DNA from: Schizochytrium sp. TIO01
Taxonomy: Eukaryota > Protista > Bigyra: Labyrinthulomycetes
Length of the DNA: 64,000 nucleotides
Assembly: GCA_004764695.1 (NCBI GenBank)
Contig: SMSO01000031.1
Coordinates: 5,060,436-5,124,435, forward strand
Reading direction: 5' to 3'
Positions 61,794 to 64,000 of this stretch are shown one piece after another. Within the stretch, counting starts at the first letter, position 1; each line of letters begins with the position of its first letter. The notes beneath the pieces were generated by a model. It was given only the letters and a program-made list of their open reading frames with translations, had not been told where the DNA came from and searched no databases. The translations under genes and the position numbers were made by a program.

Positions 61794-61875
61794 ACCAATC
61801 AGAGATGTCGCCATTGTAGGAAATATACATATGGCTCAGTTGGTGGTGCATGTAAGTGTATCGTCACAGCGTGGT
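61794..61875 (-). ncRNA. Box C/D snoRNA, U33/snR55-like
   Basis: Box C GTGACGA, D' CTGA, D CTGA, ACCA/TGGT ends; D' guide pairs with SSU UGGUGGUGCAUG; +5 is the U equivalent to yeast Um1269. Confidence 0.82.
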
Positions 61876-62024
61876 GTCCTAAACATGGACGCCATCGGTT
61901 CGAATTATCAACCCGTGGTTTGGGCCTTCCTCATCGCCAATCCGAAATACTACTTGAGCGACATCTGCCAGAGGATTTTTTACATTCTTGGGAATCGTCG
62001 GATTACTCGTAACTAAGACTTACC

Positions 62025-63164
62025 TCAATTCTTTACAAAGTATTCTTCAAAAGTTCTGCGTAAAACAAAGCCACTCGAACTCGTATTGGGGAGTGATAGC
62101 TTGTTCCGCACCTTTTGCCAGAGATGATTTGCGACCACGTAGTCAAAGCCACCGATCGCCTTTACAGCATCATACAATTTGGTCGGGTGAATAAGTTCAC
62201 CCTTCAGACCTGTGAGCTTACTAATGAAGCGTTCACGCTGGCCGGCGAAACGCACAGCACGACCAGTTAACATGGATGAATCAAGATACTCTTGTGGGGA
62301 CATCGCATTTGCATCTCCAGAGTCCATGATGATCTTGTCTCCTTCTTTAAGCTTGGGAAGACTGTTAGATACAACTCGACCTGACGCATCAACCCTGACC
62401 GAAGCCAATTCTGAGGCGTCAACGTCTACATCCACTGTATAAGGGTAATTGCCGACTTTATCCGCAAAAGCAACTGAGTATCGCAGTTGGGAATTGTTGT
62501 TTACATTTGATCGGCGTTTCTTGCGCTTCTTACCCTTTCCACCAGAGGATTTTACCGGAACATCGTCGTCAAGATCGTCGTCGAGATCCACTGACTCGTC
62601 TCCTTCAAAGGAGGCATCATCATCAGGACCATCTCCATTTACCACCATGCGTTTTTTCGTCTGGCGGCCGGATCTGGTTGTATATTCTTCCTCTAGTGCT
62701 TCCATGGCACCTGCCAAGAGATCTGCTTCTGCGACCTCTTGCGTCAGGTTTGCATCCCGCACTGTCCTTGCACCTCTTTTGGTTCTTCTTTGACCTTTAC
62801 CTCCAGAGCTTGCGCTCTTTGAGGCAGTCACGCCAGCGTTAGGGTTTCCATTAGCGGTAGAGCTAGCGTTGGCCGAGGCGGATGCAGCCAGGCTGGCGTT
62901 GGCTGATCCTGATGCACGGCGTCCGCGCGCGGCCTGTGCCTGGTCGGCGGAGGAGGGCGGAAGCGCGTAAACGGGGAGACAGTACGAGTTCACGAACTCA
63001 GAGAGGTTGAGCTCGCGTGCTTGGACAGCATGGTAGGGCAAATAGTCGTCCTGGATGCTGCCGGCCAGAGCCATGGTAAACTCGCGATCTCGCGCAGCCG
63101 CCCCGGACGCAGCGCCTGCGTCGAGGGCGGCGCTGACGGTGGAGAAGACCGTGAGCGCGGTCAT
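62025..63164 (-). CDS. ARID/BRIGHT DNA-binding domain protein; probable snoRNA host gene
   Basis: C-terminal KLYDAVKAIGGFDYVVANHLWQKVRNKLSLP...SSGFVLRRTFEEYF; NLS KGKKRKKRR; first ATG at 63164. Confidence 0.85.
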   Translation of the reverse strand: MTALTVFSTVSAALDAGAASGAAARDREFTMALAGSIQDDYLPYHAVQARELNLSEFVNSYCLPVYALPPSSADQAQAARGRRASGSANASLAASASANASSTANGNPNAGVTASKSASSGGKGQRRTKRGARTVRDANLTQEVAEADLLAGAMEALEEEYTTRSGRQTKKRMVVNGDGPDDDASFEGDESVDLDDDLDDDVPVKSSGGKGKKRKKRRSNVNNNSQLRYSVAFADKVGNYPYTVDVDVDASELASVRVDASGRVVSNSLPKLKEGDKIIMDSGDANAMSPQEYLDSSMLTGRAVRFAGQRERFISKLTGLKGELIHPTKLYDAVKAIGGFDYVVANHLWQKVRNKLSLPNTSSSGFVLRRTFEEYFVKN

Positions 63165-64000
63165 GGGGGCGGCTGGTCGCGCGAGAGAGCGCGACCGATC
63201 CTCGCGGCGGCGGCCGGAGAGATCGGGATTTGAAATTTCATTTCTTTCGAATACGAATTTGAATTTGAATTTCTTCAAAAAATCAGATTTTCAAAAAAAC
63301 TAAAACAAAACAAAACAAATCTTCGAAAAAGAAACCGCAGTAAAGCCTCTTATCTCCCTCTCTTCCCCTATCCCGCCGTAGCAAAGGCGTCTCGAAACAG
63401 AGTTGCTTTCAGAGACAGTGGGCTTCAGAGGGGCGTGTCTCTCCTGAGGGGTATTTCACAAAGCTTGTGAGTGGGGGACATTCTCTCTAGACTCCAAAAA
63501 CAAGGGCCGCTTGTGAGGCAGAGGGGACGAGAGGGCGATTGATTGGCGCTGGCCTATAAGGCGCGGTCGCGTCGCGACGGGCACGGCTAAGGGGCTATAA
63601 AATATGCCGCGGTGAGGGTTTTCTCGTGCTTGCTTGGTCAGGAGGACTCCAACTACGCAGGCTGGGCTGGGGCGGGCTGCTTCGGGGCTGTTTGGGAGCG
63701 GTGCCAGCGGGCTTTGATCAGCTTTAGGCAGCTCTGGGCGCCTTGGCTACCAGCTTCTAACGACCGCGACGAGAACGGGTGGCTCCGAAGCGCCGGCGCC
63801 AGACGGCCTAGCGGAGGGTACACTAAACTGTAGGAGTGCCTGAAATGGATGGTAACGCGTATATCATCGTTCTTTCGAAGTTTTGGTAAGCATGGTTTTA
63901 CTATGATGCTTGAAGGCAGCAGCAGGTAGAGGTTAGTTAGCATTGGTAGGACTAGTGTTGAGGAGTAAGAGGTTAATCTTAGAGAAACAAATGTACTCTG

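Overview
Eukaryotic nuclear DNA with long, mostly intronless CDSs and microsatellite-rich intergenic DNA. The style suggests a thraustochytrid/labyrinthulomycete stramenopile, which is an inference. Protein genes: NDUFV1, a secreted Cys-rich protein, NSRP1/CCDC55, a prolyl-4-hydroxylase-like protein, a C5orf34 homolog, S-adenosylmethionine decarboxylase (AdoMetDC), BCD1/ZNHIT6, a TTL-family protein, a coiled-coil protein, ZSWIM2, a signal-peptide-bearing tandem-SET protein, ALKBH1, a kinesin-1 and an ARID protein. Three non-coding systems are invisible in the ORF track. (1) The ORF-free ~4 kb between the kinesin and ARID genes (about 58.0-61.9 kb) holds a minus-strand cluster of about 15 box C/D snoRNA candidates with rRNA-complementary guides and degenerate C boxes, plus H/ACA candidates. 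It appears to lie in introns of the ARID gene 3' UTR, with a GTAAGT donor 1 nt after the stop codon. (2) The AdoMetDC gene has a 1,055-nt strictly ATG-free leader. It contains a long non-AUG uORF ending in ATT-TGA followed by a hairpin, resembling an antizyme +1 frameshift site, and is a candidate polyamine-sensing translational control. (3) An array of 13 near-identical tRNA-Ser(AGA) genes is interrupted by a 7-kb block with several decayed copies of one unknown coding sequence. All rRNA target motifs, residue numbers and family assignments are from memory and were not checked by search.
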